A stretch of 17,549 nt of DNA from Candidatus Sericytochromatia bacterium. Its GTDB lineage: Bacteria; Cyanobacteriota; Sericytochromatia; S15B-MN24; JAQBPE01. The position numbers were made by a program, and so were the translations under genes. Below are positions 1 to 8,207 of the stretch, in pieces (the first letter of the stretch is position 1; the number at the start of each line of letters is the position of its first letter). The notes under the pieces are model-generated. The model ran no database searches, had not been told where the DNA came from, and saw only the letters and a program-made list of their open reading frames with translations. Location: assembly GCA_035285125.1 (NCBI GenBank), contig JAYKHR010000121.1, positions 1 to 17,549 on the forward strand, written 5' to 3'.

Positions 1-56
1 TTGAAGAGGGTGGACTTGCCGACGTTGGGCAGGCCGACGATTCCGGCGCGCAGCAT
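1..56 (-). CDS. ychF: Redox-regulated ATPase YchF (Obg family), N-terminal fragment; continues beyond the left edge
   Basis: Not in the ORF track. Manual translation from ATG at 56 gives MLRAGIVGLPNVGKSTLF(N), the YchF P-loop start. RBS GAGGAG at 72-67. Confidence 0.93.
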   Translation of the reverse strand, partial: MLRAGIVGLPNVGKSTLF

Positions 57-113
57 GGGGTGGTGGCTCCTCGCGAGGGTTGGGGTGGGCCGCGCCTGCG
101 CGCGGCAGCGGCC

Positions 114-122
114 ATTGTAGCA
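114..122 (-). promoter_or_regulatory. Extended -10 promoter (TGCTACAAT) for ychF
   Basis: Reverse complement of 114-122 is TG-C-TACAAT, about 58 nt upstream of the ychF start. No clear -35. Confidence 0.6.
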
Positions 123-225
123 CCTCCCTCCGGCCGGGCGCCCGTCGGCGGGGGCAGGCCAGGTGCCCGGGGCCGGCGCTGCGGGTAGATGACGGATGCG
201 CCGTTGCGGCGCTGGAGGAGACGCG

Positions 226-2142
226 TTGGGAGAGCTCGGCGAACGTCGTGCAGCGGCCGTCGTCTGGGCGGTCCTCATCGCCGCTGCCGTGACCTCGGCC
301 CTCGTGGTGTGGGGCCCCCAGCCCGTTCCCTCTCCAGCCCTGTATGACCCGGCCGACGGGCTGCTCGAGGTCCGGGAACGCTGGTGGTGGCTGGGCTGGG
401 CGGTCGTGCCGCCGCTCGCGACGTGGGCCCTGTGGCGGCTGCCCGCGACGTGGTGGCACCGCCTGCCTTGGGTGGGCCTCGGCGGGGTGTTGCTGGGCGG
501 GGCGGCCCTCGTGGTCCTCGCCACCGAGCCCACATGCGAACTCGAGCGGTGGAACGGGCCAGGACTGTGGGCCATCGGGTTTGGGCTGGCCTGTGCCTGG
601 GGGCTGCTGGGGCGGGGGGCGCCGGCCGGCCGCGCGCGGCTGGTGTTGACGGCGCTCGGGGCGGCGGGGTGGGCCCGGGTGGCCCTCTACTTGCACCAGA
701 CGCCGACCACCCTGATCGACCCGTTTCACTTCACCTTCCTGGCCGACAACTTGTTGCTGTGGGCGGCCGGGGGCCTGCCCCTCGTGGAGGCGGTGCCGAC
801 CTACACGGTGCTGCTCGGCGTGCCGCTGGCGTGGTTGCTCTCGGTCTCGGGGGCGGAGCCGCTGGCCGCCACCTGTGCCTACGTATGGGGGCTGACGCTG
901 CTCACGATGGGCCTGGTGGTGGGGGCCCTCTGGCGCCTGCTCGGGACGCGCTGGCTCTGGCTCGCCCTGCTGCTCGTCGCGGCGGTGCCGATGGTGGCCG
1001 ACCGCTGCGCGGGCGGGTGCGGGGCGCCGCTCGGGTCCTACCCGCTGGTCTGGCCCGTGCGGCTGCTGGTGCCCGCAGCCACGCTGGCGTTGCTGGCCGC
1101 CTGGCGCACGCGGCCGACGGCGCACGCTGGCTGGCCGCTGGCCCTGGGTGGGCTGGCGGCCCTCGGGGTGGGGTGCAACCTCGACTTCGGGCTGGTGAAC
1201 CTCGTGGCGGCCGGTGGCTGCCTGGGGCTGCTGGCCTGGCGCGACGGTCGACCCGGGTGGGGGGTGGCCTTCGGCGCCGGCGTCGCGGGCGTGGCGGGGG
1301 GCCTCGCGGCTGCCTACCGGGCCGCGTATGGGCTCTGGCCGGACCTCTCGGGGCCCTGGCAGTACCTCCAGCTGTTCAACGCGGTGGGCTTCTTCAACGT
1401 CGACATGCCGGCCGTGGGGCTGAATACCGTCGCTGCCGCCTTCGTCACCTTGAGCCTTTGGCTGGCTGCGGCCTCCCTCGCGGACGGCGATCGCGACCCT
1501 CGCCTGGAGGTGCTCGCTTACGCGGCAGCCTTCGCGCTGGGTACCTTGGCATACTATGCGGGACGTTCCCTGCCAGTGGTGCTCCTCGGTGGCTCGGGTC
1601 TCCACCTGGCGGTCTGCGCGGTGCTCTGGGCGGTGATGAGGGTGGAGCGGCCCAGCTGGCCCTGCGCGCCCGCCGACGGGCTCGGGCGCGCCGCCGTGGC
1701 GGCAGGGGGGCTGCTGCCGCTTGCCGTGCTGCTCGCCGCGCTCACGCAGCAGCCGCTCGCGTGGCGGGCCCCGGTCCCCGACCCGGGCTGGCTGCAGGCG
1801 CCCGCCCCCCCGCCGCTGCCGGCCGGCACGGCCACCTTCGCAGGGGGGGGCTCGGTCTGGCGGCTGCGCTGGGGCGTGCCCAGCGCCCTGGCCCTCGGGC
1901 ACCCGGCCCACCTCGTCGGTCCGGCGTGGGCCGACGCCTGCTGCGAGGGGCTGGCCCGCGGGGGCCGCCGCGCGCTGTACGTGGAGCCGGGCGTGGTGGT
2001 CTGGAAGCACCTTCGTCGCGCCGCGTCGCGCCCTGCCTGTCAGCGCCTGGGGCTCACGCCGCAGGCGCTCGACGCGATCCCGCGGGAGCGGCGCCTCCGC
2101 GAGTGGGTGCTGGTGCCGCTGCCCGGGGCGTCGGGGCCGTGA
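226..2142 (+). CDS. Polytopic membrane protein, putative GT-C-fold glycosyltransferase-like (paralog 1)
   Basis: ORF 196..2142 has many hydrophobic segments and a loop motif IDPFHFTFLADN...GGLP...PTY. It is collinear with the next gene. TTG at 226 follows GGAGG (214-218); ATG at 196 is the alternative start. The GT-C call is inference from topology. Confidence 0.75.
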   Translation: MGELGERRAAAVVWAVLIAAAVTSALVVWGPQPVPSPALYDPADGLLEVRERWWWLGWAVVPPLATWALWRLPATWWHRLPWVGLGGVLLGGAALVVLATEPTCELERWNGPGLWAIGFGLACAWGLLGRGAPAGRARLVLTALGAAGWARVALYLHQTPTTLIDPFHFTFLADNLLLWAAGGLPLVEAVPTYTVLLGVPLAWLLSVSGAEPLAATCAYVWGLTLLTMGLVVGALWRLLGTRWLWLALLLVAAVPMVADRCAGGCGAPLGSYPLVWPVRLLVPAATLALLAAWRTRPTAHAGWPLALGGLAALGVGCNLDFGLVNLVAAGGCLGLLAWRDGRPGWGVAFGAGVAGVAGGLAAAYRAAYGLWPDLSGPWQYLQLFNAVGFFNVDMPAVGLNTVAAAFVTLSLWLAAASLADGDRDPRLEVLAYAAAFALGTLAYYAGRSLPVVLLGGSGLHLAVCAVLWAVMRVERPSWPCAPADGLGRAAVAAGGLLPLAVLLAALTQQPLAWRAPVPDPGWLQAPAPPPLPAGTATFAGGGSVWRLRWGVPSALALGHPAHLVGPAWADACCEGLARGGRRALYVEPGVVVWKHLRRAASRPACQRLGLTPQALDAIPRERRLREWVLVPLPGASGP

Positions 2143-2220
2143 GGGGCTGGCCCTGTTGGGCCCGCGGCAGCCGGCGGGTAAACGGGGGGCGGCGGTTGGT
2201 GGGGGCCCGGAGGTGCAGGC

Positions 2221-3987
2221 ATGGAGCCTGAGGCGAGGCGCATGCCGTTCTCGGCGGTGGTCTGGGCGGTCCTGCTGACCGCCCTCGTCACCGCTGGCCT
2301 CGTCGCCCTCGGGCCAGCCCCCCGACCGGCGGAGGGGCTCTTCGACGCCGGCGACGGCCTGCGCGAGCTGCGGGACCGCTGGTGGTACGTGGGGTGGCTC
2401 TTGCTGCCGCCGGCCCTCCTGGCGTTCCTGGGGACCGGATCGCGGGGAGCCTGGCTGAGGGGCCCGCGGGGGCTGGCGGTGGGCGTGGCTGTCCTTGCGC
2501 TGGGGGCCTTGGGCCTGCTGACGCACCTGGGACCGTGTGCCTGGCCCTACCCCTGGCACGGCTTCGGGGGCCCGGCGATCGCAGGGAGGCTGCTCGCCGC
2601 GTGGGGCCTGGAGCGCTGGGGGGGGCGGCCGCGCGTGGCCCTGGCCCTCGGGGCGCTCGGCGGCCTCCTGGTGGCGCGGGCGGCCAGTTTCGTGTGGCTG
2701 GATCCGGCCCACGTGCCGTACCCGCTCCATTTCGCCTTCGTGGCGGACGAGCTGCTCGCCCCGGCCGCGGGCCGCCCGCCGCTCGGCGGCTACGTGCCCA
2801 CCTACACCGCCTTGCTCGGCTGGCCCCCCGTGCCCCTGATCGTCGGCCTCGGGCTCGAGCCCGTCGGCGTGGTCTGTGCCTACTTGTGGGCGCTCACGCT
2901 GGCCACGCTGGGCCTGGTGCTGGCTGCCCTCGTCCGGCTGGGCGGCTGGCGCCACCTGGGGCTGTACGCCCTGGTGGTGGGGGGCATGCCCCTCATGCAC
3001 GACGCCTGCACGCCGGAGGCCGGGCTGCACCTGGCCTCCTACCTGCCGGTCTGGCCCGTGAGGCTGGTGGTGCCGGCTGCGAGCCTGGGCCTGCTCGCGG
3101 CGTGGCGTTCCCGGGCCGAACCGGGGGCCAGGGGCGCGGCAGGGCTGGGGGCCCTGGCAGCCCTCGCCGTGCTCTGCAACGTGGATTTCGGGGCCGTGGA
3201 TCTGGTCGCCTCCCTGGCCTGTGTGGCGCTTTTTGCGTGGCAGGCGCGGCGTCCGGGCTGGCTGGGGGCCTTCCTCGGCGCGGCGGGGCTGGTCTGGGGC
3301 AGCTGGCTGCTGCTGCACGCCTGGTCGTTCGGCAGGCTGCCCGACTGGGCGGGGCCGCTGAAGTTCCTGCGCCTGTTCGCCGAGCAGGGCTTCCTGAACG
3401 TCGCGATGGCGCCCCTGGGCCTTCACACCGTGGCCGCGGGGTTCGCCGCCCTGTGCCTCTGGGCCGCCGTCCCGGCGATCCTCCGGGGCGTGCGGGATGC
3501 CCGCCTCGACGCGCTGGCCTTCGCGGCCCTGTTCGCGCTCGGCACCCTGGCCTACTTCACGGGGCGCTCGCTCGACGCGGTGCTGGCCGTCGGCTCCGGG
3601 CTGCCCCTCGCCACCTGCGCGGCGCTCTGGGCCACCGTGCGGGCCGAGCGCCCGGGCTGGCCGCTGGAGGGCGACGGCGGGGGGCTGCCGGGCCGGCTGC
3701 TCGGGCTGTTGCCCGTGGCGACGCTGGTGGCCTCCCTGGCGTCGCACCCGACGTCCTGGCAGCCCCCCCAGCAGGGCCCCTACCCGCGGCGGGAGGCCCC
3801 CCCGCTGCCAGCCACCCTGCCCGCCGGCACGGCCACCTTCGCGCGGGACGGCAACCTCTGGACGCTGCGCTGGGGGCTCCGCAACAGCCTCCAGCTCGAT
3901 CACCCCTTCCATCTCGTGGGCCCCGCGTGGGCCGACTGCTGGTGCGAGGACCTGGCCCGCGCGACCCCGCCGGCCCTGTGGGTGTAG
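2221..3987 (+). CDS. Polytopic membrane protein (paralog 2), ending at a probably premature TAG
   Basis: RBS GGAGG at 2209-2213. Shares VVWAVL, HF.F.AD, VPTYT, VWPVRL, CN.DFG, FALGTLAY..GRSL, LPAGTATFA and HLVGPAWAD with paralog 1. Confidence 0.8.
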   Translation: MEPEARRMPFSAVVWAVLLTALVTAGLVALGPAPRPAEGLFDAGDGLRELRDRWWYVGWLLLPPALLAFLGTGSRGAWLRGPRGLAVGVAVLALGALGLLTHLGPCAWPYPWHGFGGPAIAGRLLAAWGLERWGGRPRVALALGALGGLLVARAASFVWLDPAHVPYPLHFAFVADELLAPAAGRPPLGGYVPTYTALLGWPPVPLIVGLGLEPVGVVCAYLWALTLATLGLVLAALVRLGGWRHLGLYALVVGGMPLMHDACTPEAGLHLASYLPVWPVRLVVPAASLGLLAAWRSRAEPGARGAAGLGALAALAVLCNVDFGAVDLVASLACVALFAWQARRPGWLGAFLGAAGLVWGSWLLLHAWSFGRLPDWAGPLKFLRLFAEQGFLNVAMAPLGLHTVAAGFAALCLWAAVPAILRGVRDARLDALAFAALFALGTLAYFTGRSLDAVLAVGSGLPLATCAALWATVRAERPGWPLEGDGGGLPGRLLGLLPVATLVASLASHPTSWQPPQQGPYPRREAPPLPATLPAGTATFARDGNLWTLRWGLRNSLQLDHPFHLVGPAWADCWCEDLARATPPALWV

Positions 3988-4167
3988 CCTGCCCCCATCG
4001 TCCGCCTGCGCCTGCGGCAGGCGGCCTCGCGCCCCGCCTGCCAGCGCCTGGGGCTCACGCCCGGTCAGCTGGACGGCCTCCTGGCAGGGGCGGATCGCCG
4101 CGTGTGGGTGCTGGTGCCCCTGGCCGGCCTGCGCCCGGTCACTTCGCCCAGCTCGCCCCGACCTTGA
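3988..4167 (+). pseudogene. In-frame C-terminal remainder of paralog 2 after the TAG (59 codons, then TGA)
   Basis: Translates as PAPIVRLRLRQAASRPACQRLGLTPGQLDGLLAGADRRVWVLVPLAGLRPVTSPSSPRP*. Paralog 1 ends PGVVVWKHLRRAASRPACQRLGLTPQALDAIPRERRLREWVLVPLPGASGP*. Confidence 0.85.
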
Positions 4168-5887
4168 CGTCGACCTCGACGGGCGTGGTCCGCAAGAAGG
4201 CCTCGCCGGCCTCCCGCATCGTCGCGCGCACCACCTCGGCGGCGGCGTCGGCCGCCGCCGCCGGGGCCTCGACCACCAGCTCGTCGTGGATGCAGTTCAC
4301 GAGCCTCGCCCCGAGCGGCCCGAGGCGGCCTGGCAGCAGCGCCATGGCCTGCTTCAGGATGTCGCTGTTGCTGGCCTGGATCGGGAAGTTCTTCCCGGCC
4401 CGCTCCGCTGCGGCCACGGCGGCGCGGTCGTGCTCGTCGAACGCAAAGCGCCCCCGCCTCCCGGCGAGCGAGCGCAGCTCCCGCGTGGCGATCACGGCGT
4501 GGGCCGTCGCCTGCAGCCAGGCCGCGACCCCCCTGTAGGTCTCGAAGTAGCGCGTGATGAGCTCGCGCGCTCGCTCGACGGACACCCCGAGCTCGCCCGC
4601 CAGGCTCGCGGCGCCCCGTCCGTACACGAGCCCGAAGTTGATGCCCTTCGCGGCGCTCCGCTGGCTGGGCTTGACCTCGTCGTAGGGCACCCAGAACATC
4701 TCGGAGGCCGTCATCCGGTGCAGGTCCAGCCCCTGCTCGAAGGCCCGGCGGAAGGCCGCATCTCCGGAGAGCTCGGCCAGGATGCGCAGCTCCATCTGGG
4801 AGTAGTCCGCGACGATGAGGCAGTGCCCGGGAGGGGCCACGAAGCAACCCCGGTGGGCGTCGTCGGAGGGGATGTTCTGGAGGTTCGGCTGGCTGCAGCT
4901 GAAGCGCCCCGTGCTGGTCTGCAGCTGGGCGAAGCTCGCATGGAGGCGGCCGGTGGTCGGATGGACGTGCGCCAGCAGGCCCTCGCCGTAGCTGGTGACG
5001 GCCTTCTGGGCGTGCCGGAGCTGCAGCAGCAGCGGCACCGCGGGGTGCGCGTCCCTGACGGCCTGCAGCGTGGCCTCGCTGGTGTCCGGGACCTCCACGC
5101 CGAGCCGGGCGAGGGCGGCGCGGACCTGGTGGTTGGAGCTCAGGTTCAGTGGCGGGGCGACCTCCGGCAGCAGCGCCAGCTGCGCGCGGGTGCCGGCCAG
5201 CAGGCCCATCAGGCGAGCTTCCAGGCCGTCCCGCTCGGCCTCCACCGCCCGCAGCAGCGCCCGCCAAGCCCCCACGTCCAGCAGCACGCCCGCCTGCTCC
5301 ATGGCCGCGACGGCCGGCACCGCCGCGAACTCGATCGTGGCCACCCGCGCGAGACCCGCGTCGATCAGGCGGGGTCGCAGGGCCTGCCGCAGGTCCAGCA
5401 GCAGGCGGGCTTCCTGCGCGGCGCGGGCCAGCTGGGCGGGCGCCAGCGGGCCGGCCGGCGGGGGGGCCGTGGGCAGGCGGTCGAGCGCCTGGCCGAGCCA
5501 CCGCCAAGTGAGGTCGGGCAGCTCGTGGCGGTCGGCCTCGTGCAGGAGCTGGCTCGCGAGCTGGGTGTCGAAGACGCCGCCCACGGCCAGGCCGCAGCCG
5601 GCCAGCCACCGCAGGGCCGGCTTGGCGTGGTGGAACACCTTGATGGGGCGAGGCGCGCGGAGCAGCGGCGCGAGCCCGGCCAGGTCCGGCACCTGCTGGA
5701 CGTCCAGCAGCCAGGTGGCTGCCGGCGTCGCCAGGGCCACCAGGCGAGGCCCGCCCTCCAGCGGTGAGGCCGCTCCGGGCACGACGGCCACGCCACAGGC
5801 CTCGTGGGCTGCGAGGTCGGCCGCGACGCCCGTCAGCCCGGCAGGGTCGTCGACCAAGCGCCAACCGGTGCCCTCGGAGCCTGGCAA
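4139..5887 (-). CDS. Family A DNA polymerase (Klenow-like: degenerate 3'-5' exonuclease domain plus polymerase domain; no 5'-3' nuclease)
   Basis: Motif A IVADYSQMELR, motif B RSAAKGINFGLVYG, motif C IHDEL, plus TGRFSCSQPNLQNIP and NFPIQ. The N-terminal KVFH...FDTQLASQLL marks an exonuclease fold. TTG start lies 1 nt after the dgt stop, with GGAG 7 nt upstream. Confidence 0.93.
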   Translation of the reverse strand: MPGSEGTGWRLVDDPAGLTGVAADLAAHEACGVAVVPGAASPLEGGPRLVALATPAATWLLDVQQVPDLAGLAPLLRAPRPIKVFHHAKPALRWLAGCGLAVGGVFDTQLASQLLHEADRHELPDLTWRWLGQALDRLPTAPPPAGPLAPAQLARAAQEARLLLDLRQALRPRLIDAGLARVATIEFAAVPAVAAMEQAGVLLDVGAWRALLRAVEAERDGLEARLMGLLAGTRAQLALLPEVAPPLNLSSNHQVRAALARLGVEVPDTSEATLQAVRDAHPAVPLLLQLRHAQKAVTSYGEGLLAHVHPTTGRLHASFAQLQTSTGRFSCSQPNLQNIPSDDAHRGCFVAPPGHCLIVADYSQMELRILAELSGDAAFRRAFEQGLDLHRMTASEMFWVPYDEVKPSQRSAAKGINFGLVYGRGAASLAGELGVSVERARELITRYFETYRGVAAWLQATAHAVIATRELRSLAGRRGRFAFDEHDRAAVAAAERAGKNFPIQASNSDILKQAMALLPGRLGPLGARLVNCIHDELVVEAPAAAADAAAEVVRATMREAGEAFLRTTPVEVDVKVGASWAK

Positions 5888-5888
5888 G

Positions 5889-7199
5889 CTACAGCTCCAG
5901 GCTGGCCTGCCCGGCGCCGGGCTCGAACAGGCGCCGGTAGAGCCGCAGCGCGTGGCCGTCGGTCATGGCGGCGATGTAGTCGCAGACGACGCGCAGCCGC
6001 GCCGCCTCGTCTTCCCGCACGGGCTCCCACAGCTCCCGCACGTCCTCGGGCAGCAGGTCGCCGGCGTCCGGCTGCGCGTAGGCGTCGAAGAGCCGCTGCA
6101 CCACCAGGCGGCCCTTGTACTCCAGCGTCGTCACCCGCGGGTTGCGGATGAGCAGCACGAACTCGACACCCATCAGGATGCGGGTCTCGCGCCACACCTC
6201 CTCCGGGATGTCGAGGGCCAGCTCGTAGCCGGCGACGCCGGGCCGCTGGCGCACGCCGGTGTGAGTCACGAAGCGGTGGATCAGCCGCGAGGTCAGGGCC
6301 TTGCGGGCCGCCTTGACGCCGTTCGCCGAGGGCGCCCGCAGCTGCGACAGCAAGGCACGCATCAGCCGCTGCACGTCGTCCGCCGTCACCCCCGCAGCCC
6401 CCTTCTTGCAAGCGTACTGCGCGATGCGCTCCAGCGTGCCCGTGTGCTCGAAGCTCTCGGGCCGGATCAGGTCCGCATGCAGGCCGTCCTCAAGGTCGTG
6501 GACCGAGTAGGCGATGTCGTCCGCCCACTCCATGACCTCTGCCTCCAGCGAGCGGTGCTCGTGGCTGGTCCCGTTGCGGACCCAGGCGACGGTCGCCGCG
6601 TCGTCGTCGTAGAAGCACTTCTCCACGGCGGCGGCTGCGCCGGGCCCGTTGCCGCGGGCCGCCTTGCGCGCGCCGTAGGGCTGCAGGTACTTCAGCACGG
6701 CCTCCAGCGTGGCACGCGTGAGGTTCAGGCCGAAGCCATCCCGCTTGATCTCAAGGCGCGTGAGGATCCGCAGGTTCTGGGCATTGCCCTCGAACCCGCC
6801 GTGGGCGTGCATCAGCTCTTGCAGCGCCGCCTCGCCGTTGTGCCCGAAGGGTGGGTGGCCGAGGTCGTGCGCGAGGCAGGCGGCCTCGACGAGCTCGGTC
6901 GACAGCGGGGCGTCGGCCAGCGCCGGCAGGCGGTTGAGGAAGAGGGCCAGCCCCTTGCCGATCTGGGCCACCTCCATCGAGTGCGTCAGGCGGGTGCGGA
7001 AGAAGTCGCCTTCGCCGACCCCGAAGATCTGGGTCTTGCCCTGCAGCCGGCGGAAGGCCGAGGCGTGCACGATGCGCGCCCGGTCGACCTCGAACGGGTC
7101 GCGCGGATCCACGTGCTCGTGGCGGTCCTCGGGGTCGTGGCGGGCCTGCTCGCGGGCGGTGTAGCGGGGGCTGACTGTCATGAGGCGGGTCCGTTCCAT
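5889..7199 (-). CDS. dgt: Deoxyguanosinetriphosphate (dNTP) triphosphohydrolase, HD family
   Basis: Motifs FRRLQGKTQ, RTRLTHS, HDLGHPPFGHNGE, FEGNAQ, LKY, DDIAYSVHDLED and DYIAAMTD. ATG at 7199 follows AAGGAGGTG (7218-7210); ATG at 7181 is the alternative start. Confidence 0.93.
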   Translation of the reverse strand: MERTRLMTVSPRYTAREQARHDPEDRHEHVDPRDPFEVDRARIVHASAFRRLQGKTQIFGVGEGDFFRTRLTHSMEVAQIGKGLALFLNRLPALADAPLSTELVEAACLAHDLGHPPFGHNGEAALQELMHAHGGFEGNAQNLRILTRLEIKRDGFGLNLTRATLEAVLKYLQPYGARKAARGNGPGAAAAVEKCFYDDDAATVAWVRNGTSHEHRSLEAEVMEWADDIAYSVHDLEDGLHADLIRPESFEHTGTLERIAQYACKKGAAGVTADDVQRLMRALLSQLRAPSANGVKAARKALTSRLIHRFVTHTGVRQRPGVAGYELALDIPEEVWRETRILMGVEFVLLIRNPRVTTLEYKGRLVVQRLFDAYAQPDAGDLLPEDVRELWEPVREDEAARLRVVCDYIAAMTDGHALRLYRRLFEPGAGQASLEL

Positions 7200-7219
7200 A
7201 CGACGCTGGCACCTCCTTC

Positions 7220-7244
7220 TTACCCCCGGGCCGTGGGCCTGAAC
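7220..7244 (-). promoter_or_regulatory. Possible SigB/SigF-type promoter (GTTC-N15-GGGTAA) for the dgt-polymerase operon
   Basis: The minus strand reads GTTCaggcccacggcccggGGGTAAgaaggaggtg, directly abutting the RBS. Confidence 0.3.
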
Positions 7245-7316
7245 GTGATGCTCACCGCCGTCCGCTGCCGCGGCGCCGTGGTACAAGATCCGGAGGCCTC
7301 CCCCCGCCAGACCTGC

Positions 7317-8207
7317 GTGCCACTCCCACCCGTGACGCTAGACCAGGCCGAAGAGCCCTGGCCCTCGATCGACCCCTCCTCGCTGCCGGCCACGCCGAGG
7401 CGGAGGGGTGGCGCCGTGCTGGGCGCCGAGCTCTTCGGCGCCCCCGCCTCGCCCTGGGGGGCCCTGCTCACGCCGCTGCCGTGGCTCGCCCTCGCCCTGC
7501 AGGTCCTGCTGCTCCACCTGGGCAACGCGCCAGGCTGGCCGGCTGCGGGGGTGCACGCCACGGAGGCGCTGTGGCTCCTGTGGGCGCCCTGGTGGCTGGT
7601 GACGGTGGGGCACGGCCTCGGCCGCTGGGCCTCGGAGGGGGTGTTCCTCGCCACCCGGGGGCAGGTGCACGTGGACGCGTCCCCGCGGCGCTGGCACTAC
7701 GCGCTCGCCTTCGCCGTCTGCGCGGCCCCGCTGGTGGTCATCCAGTGGCACGGCGCGACGCTGGAGGCCTACATGACCCTGCGCATCATGCTGGCGCGGG
7801 CGCTGAGCCCCGCGGGGACGGTGCACGTGGGCTATGACCCCAGCGTGACCAACCTGTGGGTGCTCGCCGTGTTTCCGCTGGTCGCGTGGCAGGCGGGCCG
7901 GGCCGTGGGGCGCATCCCGCCGGGGCGGTTGCTCGGGCTGCAGCGCGAGCTGGCCCGGCTGCGCGGGGAGCTCGCCTGGGGCACCGAGGCGTGGGGGGCC
8001 ACCGTCGGGCAGGTGATCGACCGCTGGCTCGCCGATCTCGGGCCCGGGCTGGGCGAGGCCCCGGAGGCCGGCGAGAGCCGACGCCGCCAGCGCCAGCGCT
8101 GGCTGGCCCTGCGCCGGGAGCTGGTGGCGGCCTGGGTGGGCACCCCCCCGGACCTGCCCCGCGCCAACCGGGCCGTGGAGCAGTACCGATCGGGGAGGTT
8201 GGCTTGA
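7317..8207 (+). CDS. Hypothetical membrane protein (about 4-5 hydrophobic segments plus a charged helical C-terminus); start uncertain
   Basis: This is the 3' part of ORF 4995..8207 that does not overlap dgt. Hydrophobic stretches include LPWLALALQVLLL, YALAFAVCAAPLVVI and LWVLAVFPLVAW. Candidate starts are GTG 7317 and GTG 7332. The stop overlaps the next start (TTGA). Confidence 0.7.
   Translation: MPLPPVTLDQAEEPWPSIDPSSLPATPRRRGGAVLGAELFGAPASPWGALLTPLPWLALALQVLLLHLGNAPGWPAAGVHATEALWLLWAPWWLVTVGHGLGRWASEGVFLATRGQVHVDASPRRWHYALAFAVCAAPLVVIQWHGATLEAYMTLRIMLARALSPAGTVHVGYDPSVTNLWVLAVFPLVAWQAGRAVGRIPPGRLLGLQRELARLRGELAWGTEAWGATVGQVIDRWLADLGPGLGEAPEAGESRRRQRQRWLALRRELVAAWVGTPPDLPRANRAVEQYRSGRLA

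Noticed and set aside
384..5864. Long alternative-frame ORFs (384..2231, 2382..4538, 3497..5767, 4065..5864) and similar ones elsewhere (7832..9667, 10721..12178, 11922..13265, 15935..17539)
   Set aside because: Mostly Arg/Gly/Pro/Ala-rich, without recognisable motifs, and overlapping well-supported genes. They are expected from stop-codon scarcity at high GC.
5885..5891. Genome-wide TAG recoding or a Dgt-polymerase fusion
   Set aside because: dgt ends at TAG at the expected C-terminus, and reading through enters a shadow frame. The polymerase has its own RBS and TTG, and I saw no slippery site.
4995..7316. 5' two-thirds of the 1070-aa ORF 4995..8207
   Set aside because: It is the antisense shadow of the polymerase and dgt genes. 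Only the part after about 7317 looks like a real gene.
8085..8102. RQRQRW in the hypothetical membrane protein, matching the GT2 QxxRW motif
   Set aside because: No accompanying DxD or TED motifs and no GT-A domain, so probably coincidental.
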